DNA from: Mizuhopecten yessoensis
Taxonomy: Eukaryota
Reading direction: 5' to 3'
Assembly: GCF_002113885.1 (NCBI RefSeq)
Contig: NW_018407797.1
Span: forward strand, 2,775 to 66,774
DNA: 64,000 bases
Below, one piece after another: positions 27,830 through 41,725 of this stretch. A program made the translations under genes and the position numbers. The notes below the pieces were generated by a model. The model was not told the origin of the DNA. It ran no database searches and saw only the letters and a program-made list of their open reading frames with translations. The number at the start of each line of letters is the position of its first letter. Position 1 is the first letter of the stretch.

Positions 27830-30800
27830 AATCTCACCAGAGCTGTGTCGTATACTCTAACTACACAATGGTACAAGAGCTGTGTTTCTCATCTAAATTC
27901 ACAATGGTACAAGTACTGTGTTTCTCATCCAAATACCCAATGGTACAAGTACTGTGTTTCTCATCAAAATACTCAATGGTACAAGTACTGTGTTTCTCAT
28001 CAAAATAATCAATGGTACAAGTACTGTGTTTCTCATCTAAAATACTCAGTGGTACAAGTACTGTGTTTCTCATCTAAATACACCATGGTACAAGTACTGT
28101 GTTTCCTATCTAACTACACAATGGTACAAGAGCTTTGTTTCTCATCTAAATACACAATGGTCAGAGCTGTGTTTCTCATCTAAATACACAATGTTATAAG
28201 AGCTGTGTTTCTCATCTAAACAAATAACGGTATAAGAGCTGTGTTTCTCATTTAAATACACAATGGTACAAGAGCTGTGTTTCTCATCTAAATACACAAT
28301 GGTACAAGTATTGTGTTTCTCATCAAAATACTCACTGGTACAAGTACTGTGTTTCTCATTCAAAATACTCAATGGTACAACTACTGTGTTTTTCATCAAA
28401 ATACTCAATGGTACAAGTACTGTGTTTCTCATCTAAAATACTCAATGGTACAAGTACTGTGTTTCTCATCTAAATACACAATGGTACAAGTACTGTGTTT
28501 CCTATCTAACTACACATTGGTACAAGTACTGTGTTTCTCATCTAAATACACAATGGTACAAGTACTGTGTTTCTNTCTAAATACACAATGGTACAAGTAT
28601 TGTGTTTCTCATCAAAATACTCAATGGTACAAGTACTGTGTTTCTCATTAAAAAAATACTCAATGGTACAAGTACTGTGTTTTTCATTAAAATACACAAT
28701 GGTACAAGTACTGTGTTTCTCATCTAAATGCACAATGTTACAAGAGCTGTGTTTCTCATCTAAACAAACAATGGTAAGAGCTGTGTCGTAAGCTGTGTTT
28801 CTCATCTAAATACACAATGGTACAAATACTGTGTTTCTCATATAAATACACAATGGTACAAGTACAGTGTTTCTCATCTAAATAAACAATGGTACAAGTA
28901 CTGTGTTTCTTATCTAAGCACACAATGTTACAAGTACTTTGTTTCCTATCTAAATACACAATGGTACAAGAGCTGTGTTTCTCATTTAAATACACAATGG
29001 TACAAGAGCTTTGTTTCTCATCTAAACAAACAATGGTACAAGTACTGTGTTTCTCATCTAAATACATAATGGTACAATTACTGTGTTTCTCATTTAAATA
29101 CACAATGGTCAGAGCTGTGTTTCTCATCTAAATACACAATGGTCAGAGCTTTGTTTCTCATCTAAATACACAATGGTACAAGAGCTGTGTTTCTCATCTA
29201 AACAAACAATTGTAAAGGTACTGTGTTTCTCATCTAACTACACAATTGTCAGATCTTTGTTTCTTATCTAATTACTCAATGGTCAGAGCTGTGTCGTATA
29301 CTCTAACTACACAACGGTACAAGAGCTGTGTTTCTCATCTAAACAAACAATGATACAAAAGCTGTGTTTCTCATCTAAACAAACAATGGTACAAGAGCTG
29401 TGTTTCTCATCTAAACAAACAATGGTACAAGAGCTGTGTTTCTCATCTAAACAAACAATGATACAAAAGCTGTGTTTCTCATCTAAACAAACAATGGTAC
29501 AAGTACTGTGTTTCCTATCTAAATACACAATGGTACAAGAGCTGTGTTTCTCATCTAAATACACAATGGTCAGAGCTGTGTTTCTCATCTAAATACACAA
29601 TGGTACAAGTACTGTGTTTTCTATCTAACTACACAATGGTCAGATCTGTGTTTCTCCACTAAATACACAATGGTCAGAGCTGTGTTTCTCATCTAAATAC
29701 ACAAAGGTACAAAAGCTGTGTTTCTCATTTAAATACACAATGGTACAAGAGCTGTGTTTCACATCTTAACAGACAATGGTACAAGAGCTGTGTTTCTTGT
29801 CTAAACAAACAATGGTACAAGAGCTGTGTTTCTTGTCTAAACAAACAATGGTACAAGTGCCGTGTTTCCTATCTTACTACACAATGGTCAGAGCTGTGTT
29901 TTCGATCTTACTACACAATGGTAAGAGCTGTGTTTTCTATCTAACTACACAACGGTACAAGAGCTGTGTTTCCAATCTAAATACTCAATGGTACAAGTGC
30001 CGTGTTTCCTATCTAACTACACAATGGTCAGAGCTGTGTTTCTCATCTAAATACACAATGGTCAGATCTGTGTTTCTCATCTTAATAAACAAAGGTACAA
30101 GAGCTGTGTTTCTCATCTAAATACACAATGGTACAAGTACTTTGTTTCCTATCTAACAACACAATGGTCAGAGCTGTGTTTTTTATCAAACTACACAATG
30201 GTACAAGTACTGTGTTTCTCATCAAAATACTCAATGGTAAAAGAGCTGTGTTTCTCATCTAAACAAACAATTGTACAGGTACTGTGTTTCTCATCTAACT
30301 ACACAATTGTCAGATCTTTGTTTCTTATCTAAATACTCAATGGTACAAGTACTGTGTGACTTATCTAAATACACAATGGTACAAGAGCTGTGTTTCTCAT
30401 CTAAATACACAATGGTACAAGTACTGTGTTTCCTATCTAACAACACAATGGTCAGAGCTGTGTTTTTTATCAAACTACACAATGGTACAAGTACTGTGTT
30501 TCTCATCAAAATACTCAATGGTAAAAGAGCTGTGTTTCTCATCTAAACAAACAATGGCACTAGTACTGTGTTTCTCATCTAAATACACAATTGCACTAGT
30601 ACAGTTGTGGGATCGCACAACGTAACACGATGTGCGGTGTGCGCACGATGTGTGCACGGTGTGTGAACGGTGTGTGCACGATGAGCGAACGAAAAAAGCT
30701 GAACGATCATTGCTTGCGCACATATGTGCGCACGATGGACGGACGTTGTGCGATAACAATCGTGGTTGTTTAAAATTGAGGAATGCCTTAACAATTTATA

Positions 30801-31720
30801 CGGTTGCGAGTTTAAACATATAAACTTGATGTTTACGTATGTTTCTATATTCTAGCAACATCTATAAACTTATCTTTCTGTCTATGTATTCTTATATTTA
30901 GGAATTGTGTTTTCTGTGTTTTAAAACAAACTTAATCGACACATGTAAAATTACAACACAATCCCGTATACAGGTAAACATAACCACTTTGTACATGTAC
31001 CTGGACCGTAGTTTTCTCCTCGCCTGGGGCATTTACGTAACTCGTCGGGTAAGGCCGGGTTGTGAAAATCCAGGTGAAGGGGAGCTATATATAGGCAAAC
31101 GAATGCAAATAACAAATACTATTCATTACGGTCAAACGGTATCGCATATCAGCTCTGTGTGTCAGGCACTGGTCAGGTAAAACTCCGGACACTCATAAAA
31201 TTGTTATTTACCTGTTCTGTTACCTTGGAGCCAAACCCATTCTTGACAGCCTAACGGTCACTGTAATACTGTGTAACACGCATTGTGAAATTGTATAATC
31301 TTGATTATTGTGATGAGAAATTACAGATATATACACAGTGTACATTATCGGATACAAGCCTTCCGTATTTTTGTCATTCCGTAATTTTGATTTACAAATG
31401 ATACCAAATCGCACAGTTGTGCCGAGAGAAGCGCACAACGGCGCGAACGATTGCTAAATCTCACAGTTGTGCGCACTATGTGTGGACGATGTGCGGACGG
31501 TGTGTGAACGATGTATGCACGGTGTGCGCACGCTATTTTTGGTGCGTTGTGCGGTCCCACAACTGTACTGTGTTTCTCATCTAAATACACAAGGTACAAG
31601 AGCTGTGTTTCTCATCTAAATACTCAATGGTACAATTACTGTGTTTCCTATCTAACAACACAATGGTCAGAGCTGTGTTTCTTATCAAACTACACAATGG
31701 TCAGAGCTGTGTTTCTTATC
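27830..31720. repeat. ~36-bp satellite array (variant A), interrupted by a MITE
   Basis: AAATACACAATGGTACAAG(TA/AG)CTGTGTTTCTCATCT units with 34-37 bp variants. Confidence 0.95.
30602..31565. mobile_element. Tc1/mariner-type MITE inserted into the satellite
   Basis: TIR CAGTTGTGGGATCGCACAACG / CGTTGTGCGGTCCCACAACTG. TA TSD at 30600-30601 and 31566-31567, within the AGTACT of a satellite unit. Confidence 0.85.
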
Positions 31721-32860
31721 AAACTACACAATGGTACCAACGTTGTATTGTTCACAAACTACACAATGGTACCGACGTTGTATTGTTCACTAACTACACA
31801 ATGGTACCAACGTCGTATTGTTCACTAACTACACAATGGTACCAACGTTGTATTGTTCATTAACTACACAATGGTACCAACGTTGTATTGTTCATTAACT
31901 ACAAAATGGTACCAACGTTGTGTTGTTCACTAACTACATAATGGTACCAACGTTGTATTGTTCACTAACTACACAATGGTACCAAGGTTGTATTGTTACC
32001 TAACTACACAACGGTACCAACGACGTATTGTTCACTAAATACACAATGGTACCAACGTTGTATTGTTCACTAACTACACAATGGTACCAACGTCGTATTG
32101 TTCACTTTCTACACAATGGTACCAACGTCGTATAGTTCACTAACTACACAATGGTACCAACGTCGTAATGTTCACTAACTACACAATGGTACCAACGTCG
32201 TATTGTTCATTAACTACACAATGGAACCAACGTCGTAATGTTCACTAACTAAACAATGGTACCAACGTCGTATTGTTAATTAACTACACAATGGTACCAG
32301 CGTTGTATTGTTCACTAACTACACAATGGTGCCAATGTTGTATTGTTCACTAACTACACAATGGTGCCAATGTTGTATTGTTCACTAACTACACAATGGT
32401 ACCAATGGTGTATTGTTCATTAACTACACAATGGAACCAACGTCGTAATGTTCACTAACTACACAATGGTACCAACGTCGTAATGTTCACTAACTAAACA
32501 ATGGTACCAACGTCGTATTGTTAATTAAGTACACAATGGTACCAATGTTGTATTGTTCATCAACTACACAATGGTACCAACGTTGTATCGTTCACTAACT
32601 ACACAATGGTACCAACGTTGTATTTTTCATTAGCTACCCAATGGTACCAACGATGTATTGTTCACTAACTACACAATGGTACCAACGTTGTATTGTTCAC
32701 TAACTACACAATGGTACCAACGTTGTATTGTTCACTAACTACACAATGGTACCAATGTTGTATTGTTCACTAACTACACAATGGTACCAACGTTATATTG
32801 TTCACTAGCTACACAATGGTATCAATACGTATCGCTCACTAACTACACAATGCCACCAGA
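31720..32860. repeat. 35-bp satellite array (variant B, related to A)
   Basis: ACTAACTACACAATGGTACCAACGTTGTATTGTTC units, sharing TACACAATGGTAC with variant A. Confidence 0.95.
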
Positions 32861-35800
32861 GCAGTGTTGTCTGCACACAACTGTCGCCGCGTTGTCTCGC
32901 TAACTTTACCATTGTGACAGATCTCCGCTGCTTGTACTACAATTGTGAAAGAGACATATTGTTAAATATAAAATGACAATGTTACCAAAGCGTGCTGTTT
33001 ATAAGAAATGATTCGAGATATCTTCAATCGCTGTTTTTCGAAAAATCAGCTTCGATGGTTTTTGTTAGCCAATTTAAAACAAAAACAACTTTGATCATTC
33101 CTCTTCCTCAATGAAGTATTGTCGAGGGATGATTACGAGTGATAGCGGCAATAGTCCTTTGATCATTAGTTATTGAATTTGACACGGCGACAATAAAAGT
33201 GTATCTGAGTACATATGTTTAGTACCTGTTGAGCTTAACGAGGCTTCAACGCATTTGTACATATTTGTCTTGTATGTTTAACAATATTGAAATAAGAAAT
33301 AAAACAGTATGGATAAATACTCAAAATGGTCAAATACCACAACATATTTGTGCTTTTGTGGCATTTCTCAAAAACAAAAGGATTTTTCAATATTTGCGTG
33401 AATGACTTATGAAGTTAATCATGCATCATGTTTTTCAGAACTGGACCCTGATATAGCTACTACGTGTCATCTATCATGCTCAAAACCGTTCGATTTCCAT
33501 TGTATATAAACGAAGATTCACTACAAAGCTTAAATCCATTTGGTGCGCGATCAATGAAGGAAAAACATGTTAACTCTAAGATTAAAAGCCGTTCGTTCAG
33601 TGACCTAACCGCGTAAAAAACATCAATATCAGAGAATACAAATGCCGCGACAGAGAAAGTTTGTTTCGGATGCGACAATAGACAGATAAGACAAGCAGGA
33701 GTTGCAGAAAATGACATTGATGTATTGCAGTTAGCACGAAATGTAGAACTTTTGATCACATTTCTGCACACTTTTGGTTCGGCCGGAAGGTTTATGAGAG
33801 GTATCATCATTAAGGGAACAACTTGTTCTGTACTATAAATTATAGAATCTGCTTTTTTTATTAACATTTAATAATGTATAAAATATAATAAGTCAATTAT
33901 AAGTATGATGCATGAAAATAGCGTTCAAATATATAATTATTTTTATTAAATACACGCGATAATTGTCTAATTGAAGTTTTTACTTGCGTGCTCCCTTTAC
34001 CTTTACTTCAATGTAAAGGTGTTTTTCTGTTAGAAATATATTTAAGTGTTTTAACCCAAATTTATGCAATAGTGTGGAGAAATGTGTTTTTTAGCAATGC
34101 AGTTGTTAGTGTTCTGCGAGCTGCTGACGGTATAACTATGTGATTTTATCCACCGATTAATCATCTGTCACAATTACCAAAACCTCTTGAGGTACAATGT
34201 AAATGGAAAATCCTAAAATGGACTTGCCCGTGTGTAAAATAGCGACAAATCAAAATTATGATGCTTATCATCCCGTGAATGTTTATTCAAATCTGTTAGT
34301 GAAGTAACACAAATCCAGATTAATCCTTCGCCTTGATTGAGTAATATTATTTACGGATGCGACTGATGTCGCCGACCGGCAAACAATAAATTGGGAACAC
34401 CAAACTACTGCGTTACATGACGTAGAAATCATAAAAATTGGCTACAATAACGTGTATTCATAGTAATTCCCACATAGTAATTCATCGATAATAAAACTGA
34501 TAAAACAATTAAACTTATACCAGTTATAGAAAAAAAAACACATTAACAAAACCTATACTTCTGATAACACCAACAACAGTGACCAAAAGAGACATGAATA
34601 TACACCATTAGAGCCACGAGTCTAGTCAACTTTTTTCTAAAACGTCAGGCAATGCTTTTAAAATTGGTGATAATGTACTCAATAAAATGGCAATGATAGG
34701 TCAATGAGTAAAGATAGGGGTCCCAATGAACATCAGTAAAACATATCGACTCATTTCACTTCAACTTTAATGGACATGGGACCAACGCCACAAATATTCA
34801 AAGCATAATGATAAGACCATGACAAAATATCACCAAAGATCGTATACAGACACGAACATCGTGTTGATTACCTAAACATCCATCAAATTAAATATTTATC
34901 AAAAGGAAAGGTCCGACCGACGTTGGATACCTTGTTGCCGAATTTTTAATTACCTGAACCTTAACTAATCAGAAACACCTGGCTTTGCCTCGATTTGTTG
35001 GGTTAAAACAATCATTTTCATGCAATGTATCAGCATTTCGTCTTCTCTTCTTGTTTCCAATTAAAGCCTTTTTTATTTATTTTTATAATTCACCTCACTG
35101 TTATTAGAAATAATTGTGACTTACATCCAGTTTGTTGTTTGATTTCTTTTTATTGTGATGCCTTCTCACTTCCTTATTTACTTTATCTTCGTGTTAAATG
35201 CTAGTCTGATTGACCTATAGCCTGATCTTAACAATTTTTGTCCTAGAAGGTGCGCGGCATTAGCTTATTTTGATCAAGTGTGGTTGTCAGCCATTATTAG
35301 AAAAGTAAACGTTTATTACGTTCCTACACTAAACGAATTTCACATAACACAGGCATCATCATCACCATCATCATCATCATCATCATCACAATATCTATCA
35401 TGACAATATGCTTACATTTCTCTTTAGTTCAAAGTTAAAGGTAATATCATAATGATAAAACACCAAGTATGTGTTGCTTCAGATTATAATTTGCTTGCAT
35501 AGGGCCCCGCCCTGAATCTATTTCACAGTACAGCGGATGATAAACAGACGACATATTTCTACAATATTCCGTTAGAGTGTAAATATATAATCCGTAATTA
35601 CAAATTGTTATTTCGACAGATTACTTAGGTTAATAGCACCGTAGACTTAACATTAACTTACAGAAGAAAAACATCTATTCCATAATTAAACTTATACCAG
35701 TAAAAAAACACATTAACAAAACCATGATATGGTATTGTATATCTTTTTGTGACCACGTCACAGACTAAAACACCTCATTGATCATTTGTCCCATTCACAG

Positions 35801-37367
35801 AACACAGAGGTGCGCATTGGGGTTTACAACATAGCAGCGTTGACGCTAGATACCAAATATAGAATCAGGCAGTATTTTCGACATGCAGACGTTTGTACAT
35901 TGTACATTTATTAAAACATTTTTAGCATAAAAGACTGCTTAATAGAACCTTGTATTTGTTAGAATGCCCAGACAGCCAACTTTGGTCCCGATCGACTTCT
36001 TTACAAATTGCAACTAACATCGGGGGTGGAAATCCTCAGAAAAACTAGGTCGCAAGAACAGGGATTTCCATTGGTAAATCTTCGATTTTGTAAGATGGTT
36101 GGTAAGTGCATGTAATAAGCTGTCTCACTTTGTATTTTTCGTTGTTATGAAAAGAAACTGAAAAGTCCTTCTATGAGAGATTTATTTAGGTTATAATATT
36201 ATAATTGATCAACTCCAAGTCATATTGAAAACCCTATTGCACTATATATGCTATATAAATTATCCTTACTCGCAAACGGCCCGTACAATATGTGTGTATA
36301 ACATTTTCAGGTTTTCAAGTTTTTGCACATTCTACATGAAATTTTATAGCATTCGTAATGTTTTCTTTACCAAATTTTCTTTAAATTTCTGCGTCTGATT
36401 GTATTATTGCACAAACTGTTTTCCAATTTGATGTTCCATACGTAACAAGTAAATCATCATTAAGTCAGGCATTAGCACCAGGAAATAAGTTTAATTTTGT
36501 TTATCATTTTAAACTCACAATGTCAGCTACAGTTTTAACAAATACATTGACAACTACTTAACAGTCAAATGTACTTCTTTTTATGAGTGGCGATATAACT
36601 GGTTAAAAGTGAGATCAAAATATTTTGAATTTATTAATAACAGAAAAAAAAGAGAGATAGCTACAATATACAAACACAATATATAGGATCTTAAATGAGT
36701 TTTCATTTCATATGAGATTTTATGAAACGAGTGTTAAGATTTTTTTTAATTTTTGCTAGCCTTGGCGAGCAAAAAATAAAATTTCGAGACGAGTTTCAAA
36801 AAAGGTCATATGAAATGAAACCAAATTTAAAATACTTTTTATCACATAACTCAGAAAACTTACATTTTAACAGGTTTTCAAGCCAAAATGTAGAGGGCTT
36901 AAGCAAACGGAGACAGACATTTTGTTGCGCCATTCACATTTTATGACGTCACGTCATCGTCCATCTTATGACGCCACAATCGAGTTCTGACTGGCACAGC
37001 CAATGAAAAACGCTCCATGGTAAATATTACACTAGTGACCTATGTAACAATATTACACGGGCGATTTAACTGGATAACAGGCCGATTATGTGATAAAGCA
37101 CTATCCACAGCACACACCACACAAACTCTCTGAACAAAACGTATGGTACAAGCAAGTACAAAAATGTATATATACATAATGAAGAAAACAACTCATCATG
37201 GCCATACAACAGATCTATTTAAGTTGGTATAGTTAATTGATGCAAAGTTGGCCGATACTTCAGATTGCCTTACCAACCAAATAACAAATATTTAATTCGT
37301 ATAAATAATAATACAATATTGGAGAGTTGTACAAAGTTAACATCAAATAAGTCTCATCTAATGCAAG

Positions 37368-38172
37368 ATGGCGGACACTAGTGACGGTGAGTTTGACCGG
37401 AGCAGTGAAAATGTATCTACCGGACTCCCAAATAGTCCTAAGGGGTATATCGATGTGTCGAATGTTAATCCTGATGATTTTGATGCTAGGGTATGTCAAA
37501 AATCTAGTCAAAACTGTGTAGATGTATATCAAAATGTGGATCAGCGTTCTCAAACTGTGTTTACCACACCTATTGGCTGTGCGGCCAGTCAGACAGAACC
37601 AAACGTTGACAGTGATAGTACTTTCCAATCACAGGATGGTCCCCAACATGTATCACAAAGTACAGACAAAGTGCCTAATCTCGATTGTCAACTTATGAAC
37701 ATACCACATGGCCAGTACATTGAAAAGCTGAAATCATCAGTTAATGATAGTGAGGATCAAATCATATATTGACTGAGAGAGCTTAATCGATCAATGGTTT
37801 TCCCAAAGGTAAACTTCTGACTCGCAAAAATAAACCAAATGTACAAGTATTGACAAATATGCAAAAGATTGCTTCAGAATAAATGCGTTTATAAACGGAG
37901 ATTCCTCTGCCACAAACAAAGACCAAGTTCATGTGATGGTGAGAGGCCCGCAGCAGGGCAAAATAACAGCGGCTTTGCTTCCCCTTCTTTCGTCGAACTT
38001 TGCACAGCAGTACATACCCTTACTGAAAAACTCACAACAGTAGAAAAGTCTATGGAAAGAAAATGTGAAAAAGAACTGGCAACAAAAATTACACTATTAA
38101 AACAGGAAAATGGCACATTGAAATTGAATTTGGATCGTCTGCAATCGGTCATTGATGCTAAACTTGAGGTTG
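37368..38172 (+). pseudogene. Frameshifted ORF remnant, possibly LINE ORF1-like (coiled-coil), ending at the DIRS boundary
   Basis: Good ATG context (AAGATGG), acidic N-terminus and heptad-like LTEKLTTVEK...LKQENGTLKLNLDRLQSVI. No decisive motif. Confidence 0.35.
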
Positions 38173-38435
38173 TTTATGTAAAACCCATTTTTATGATAAA
38201 CTACTTACCACGTCCAATTATTATGCAAATGATCTCCAACTACCAGTTCTTTAACTCCCAAAGTAAAGTTTCAAATGCCCCGCGCAAATGCGAAACTACT
38301 CCCTGTCCAAACCGGACATACGGGTGAAGGATGCGCGCGCACCTCCAACTTCCTCTATTCGAAACTCGAACAAAAACACCTAAAAGCAAAAAGCCTTAAG
38401 GAGCAGGAGGAGCCAGGGAGGAGGGTGGCACTCAC

Positions 38436-38534
38436 ATTGGACGTGGTAAGTAGTTTTATCATAAAAATGGGTTTTACATAAAAAAAACTCAATTTTATAT
38501 CAAAAACAATACTTACCACGTCCAATTATTATGC
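38436..38534. repeat. DIRS internal complementary region (ICR)
   Basis: The first half is complementary to the left terminus (TTTATGTAAAACCCATTTTTATGATAAA...). The second half is complementary to the right terminus (GTAAGTATTGTTTTTGATATAAAA). Confidence 0.92.
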
Positions 38535-38742
38535 GAATTCGTCTTACCTAGTGGGTACTCCAATCCGACAGGACCATGGCTAATCCAGGAGGGCGGTAAA
38601 CTTGTCACAATCAATTGGAACCTTAATACCCAGAAGCTCTTATATATAGAGCATACCAAATTAAAAGACAGAAAGATCATTGCCAAGCAAAGATTTTCTG
38701 TCGCAATGCTAACGCATAAAAAAAATAAAAACAGAGAACACT

Positions 38743-39850
38743 CTACTCTGAGGTGGGTGGGCAAGCCACTGACTGGGCAACAACCACCGGACCCAAAGAG
38801 TAAAGTTTGTCTGAGAAGGACGACAGTGATCTCAGATAGAACTCTGTAAAGGTAGTGTGTCCTCGCCAAAAGGCTGAGGACATAACCTCTGAAAAGGGAG
38901 CGCCATTGAGAAGGGCCCAAGACGCTGCCAGAGCCCTAACCTCATGGGCCCTAACCTTGAATAGTCTTCTGACATCATCCGAAGACGACTCATAAGCCAG
39001 CCTAATAACCTGGCAAATCCATCGGGAGATGGATTGTGCCGAAATACTGGAATGGCCACTCTTGATGGGCAGAAAAAGCCTAGACTGTGATACTCGATCC
39101 CCACCTGTCTTGTCCAGATAATATCTGAGAGCTCTGACAGGGCAGAGAAGACGATCACGCTCGTCCTTACCAACCAGGTCAGAGAGAGAAGGAATGCGGA
39201 CAGGTTCCGGCGAAAACCCCGGAACCTGATTCTTGGCGACGAAAGAAGGTTCCGTCCTGATAGTCACGGAGGAGTAATTCCTGCCGAAACGTAAACAGGA
39301 GGAATGTGCTGATAAGGCATAAACCTCGCTACGCCTTCTCCCCCGAGCCAAGGGTGACCAGAAACACAGTCTGGAGAGTCAAGAATTTCAAGGAGGCTAG
39401 ACTCAAAGGCTCGTAAGGAGTACCCAAAAGGGACTCCAGAACCAAAGCTAAATTCCATTGAGGAGTTAGACGCCTAACTCTAGGTCTCTCAATGGTAAAG
39501 CCTCTGATGAGGGCGGACAAGGAGGAGGAAGATCCTACCTCTGGTCGCCTTGCATAAGATAAGATACCAGCTATAGCCGACCGATAGCCGGCAATGGTAC
39601 CAGGAGCTAATTTCTTACTGCGAAACAAATGCAGTAACAAATCTGCAATTAAGGGAACAGAGGCCTTGAGTGGATCAACCTGCCTCTGACCACACCAATC
39701 GCAGAAGATGCTCCACCTAGACTGGTAGACTGCCGCGGAAGAAGACCTAATGGACCTAGCGATACAGTCTGACACCGGTCCAGAAAACCCCTTCTGCGCG
39801 AGACCACCGGAGATAGCCTCCACGCGTGAAGGTGGAGTATATCCGGGCGG
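38743..39850 (-). pseudogene. DIRS tyrosine recombinase (frameshift near 39340)
   Basis: N-terminal SAM-like segment YQSRWSIFCDWC, then RRSEV (R), LLCPVRALRYY, HEVR (HxxR), AFW and FTEFYL (catalytic Y). Confidence 0.92.
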
Positions 39851-39876
39851 GAGTGCATGATTCTGGACCTCGGCTG

Positions 39877-40160
39877 TCATAACAGGTTCCACCTGGGTGG
39901 AAGGACCAGAGGCTCTTCCACCAGAAACGATAGAAGCTGAGGGAACCATGGTTGACTCGGCCACAAGGGAGCCACCTGAATTAGAGAGCAAGGCTGCTCC
40001 TCGTACTTCTGGGGGACCTTGGCCACCAAGTCGAAGGGGAGAAAGGCGTAGGCATGCAACCCCTTCCAGTCCAGAGACAGAGCATCTAATCCCCATGCTG
40101 CTGGATCTGGAACGGGAGACACAAACGTCGGCAACTGATGGTTCAAGGCTGTGGCAAACC
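39877..40160 (-). pseudogene. DIRS-associated Dam-like DNA N6-adenine methyltransferase domain
   Basis: FATALNHQLPTFVSPVPDP..W.LDA...W....AYAFLP...VAPLWPSQPW. The upstream DL of DLFA is removed by a deletion, and YAFLP replaces the usual YAFPP. Confidence 0.8.
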
Positions 40161-41650
40161 AGACATATTGCTCGGAATATGGATGGATCGAGCTGCCACT
40201 CCGTCAGAACCGGCTGAAGACGTCTTGACAGGGTGTCTGCAAGAACATTGAGTCTGCCTGGAAGGTGCTTGACCTGAATGGTAAGGCACCACTCCTGGCA
40301 AAGTAGCAAAATGCGAATGACCAGGACACACAGGACGTGAGACCTGGTGCCCCCTTGCTTCTGCAAATAAGCTACAACAGTTAAGTTGTCTGTTGCCACG
40401 GAAATCACCTGGTCTTGCAGATAAGACCTGAGGTCCTGGATGGCCAACAACACTGCCCTCATCTCCAGCACATTGATGTGTTCGGAAAGATGATCCCCTG
40501 TCCACGAACCTGAGCGAGCCTGCCCGTTCAGGTACGCCCCCCAACCTGTCTTGGACGCATCGGTATACAGGGTCATGGTGGGTGAGCTCCTGTGCAAGGA
40601 CACCCCCTTCAGGACATTGTTCCGAATTGTCCACCATTGGGCAAATTCCTTGACCGACTGACTGAGAGGAATAAAAGCCTCCCAATCCCGCGACGCTGGA
40701 ACCCAATGGCTGAGAAGAAACATCTGCAGAGGTCTGATGTGCAGCCTTCCAAGAGAAACTACATCTGCTAGTGAGTTGAGAAACCCCAGCAAACTGAGGT
40801 ACCAACGAACCTGTACCGCAGAACTCTGGGTAAACTGAAGCACCAGACTCCTTGCCTTGATGAATTTCTCCTGAGTTGGAAGGACTATACCCCTGGCTAC
40901 GTTGAACCGGTAGCCTAGGAACACAAAGTCCTGGGAGGGAGACAGTTCTAACTTCTCTCGGGAGGGGATGAACCCGACCTTGAGAAACCAGGGACTCCCT
41001 CAGTGAATGAAGCATGAGGGAGTCGTCGAAGTAAATATGGATGTTGATACTCCGCTGGTGCAGGAAACCTACCACAACCTGCAGTAGTTTGGTAAAAACC
41101 ATTGGGGCTGTGGTAAGGCCAAAAGGCATAGCCCGAAACTGGAATATCTTGCCCTCGCATGAGAAGCGAAGATACTTCCTGTCCGACTTCCTGATGGGAA
41201 TGTGGAAGTAGGCATTATTCAAGTCTATTGAAGTAGCCCACATTCCCTCCCTGCCCGAGGCAATAATGCCTCTTGGGGTCTCCATCTGAAAGTGGGGAGA
41301 GTCCGCGAACCGATTGAAGGCACTTAGGTCTATAATCGGGCGCCAAGCTCCCTACTTCTTCTTCACCAGAAAAAATCGGGAATAGAAGCCTGGAGAGTAC
41401 CGGCGCAGTGGGAGCTCCTCGATTGCACCCTTCTCGACTAAAGTAGCAATTTCCCGTCTGACAGCTAGAGCCTTCTCTAGATACACCGGGGGTGGGAAAA
41501 AGGTTGGCTTTGCTGTGAGCAGAGGTTCCCGTAACAACGGGATGCTCAATCCTTCCGCAACTATTGACAATGCCCAACTGTCCTGAGTAATCTCCTTCCA
41601 TTGAGGAAGGAAGGCGGACAGTCGACCTCCTACTGGAAGGTCCGGTTGAG
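40160..41650 (-). pseudogene. DIRS reverse transcriptase / RNase H
   Basis: FYSRFFLVKKK* (stop at 41352), SIDLNNAYFHIPI, MPFGLTTAP, YFDD, FLGY; RNaseH LYTDAS..GWG, HINVLEM, TDN, LADTLSR. Confidence 0.93.
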
Positions 41651-41725
41651 GAAGGCCAAGACCTTCCCAAACGTCTATGGGGCTGTCTACGACCGTTATG
41701 AGACCGGGTAAAAGAGACCTCTGAT

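Noticed and set aside
27845-31863. Many ORFs with DEKHSTCTIV or MVQVLCF repeats, and a CRISPR-like appearance
   Set aside because: Contiguous tandem satellite with no unique spacers and no cas genes, in a eukaryotic context.
33460-33867. 135-aa ORF on the - strand (the + strand is also nearly open, after a possible acceptor)
   Set aside because: No recognisable motif or consistent exon structure.
36684-37096. Probable interspersed repeat
   Set aside because: I could not define termini, a TSD or a second copy in the window.
39329-40924. 531-aa ORF as a novel RNaseH-integrase fusion protein
   Set aside because: A chimera created by a frameshifting deletion near 40160 that moves from the pol frame into the YR frame.
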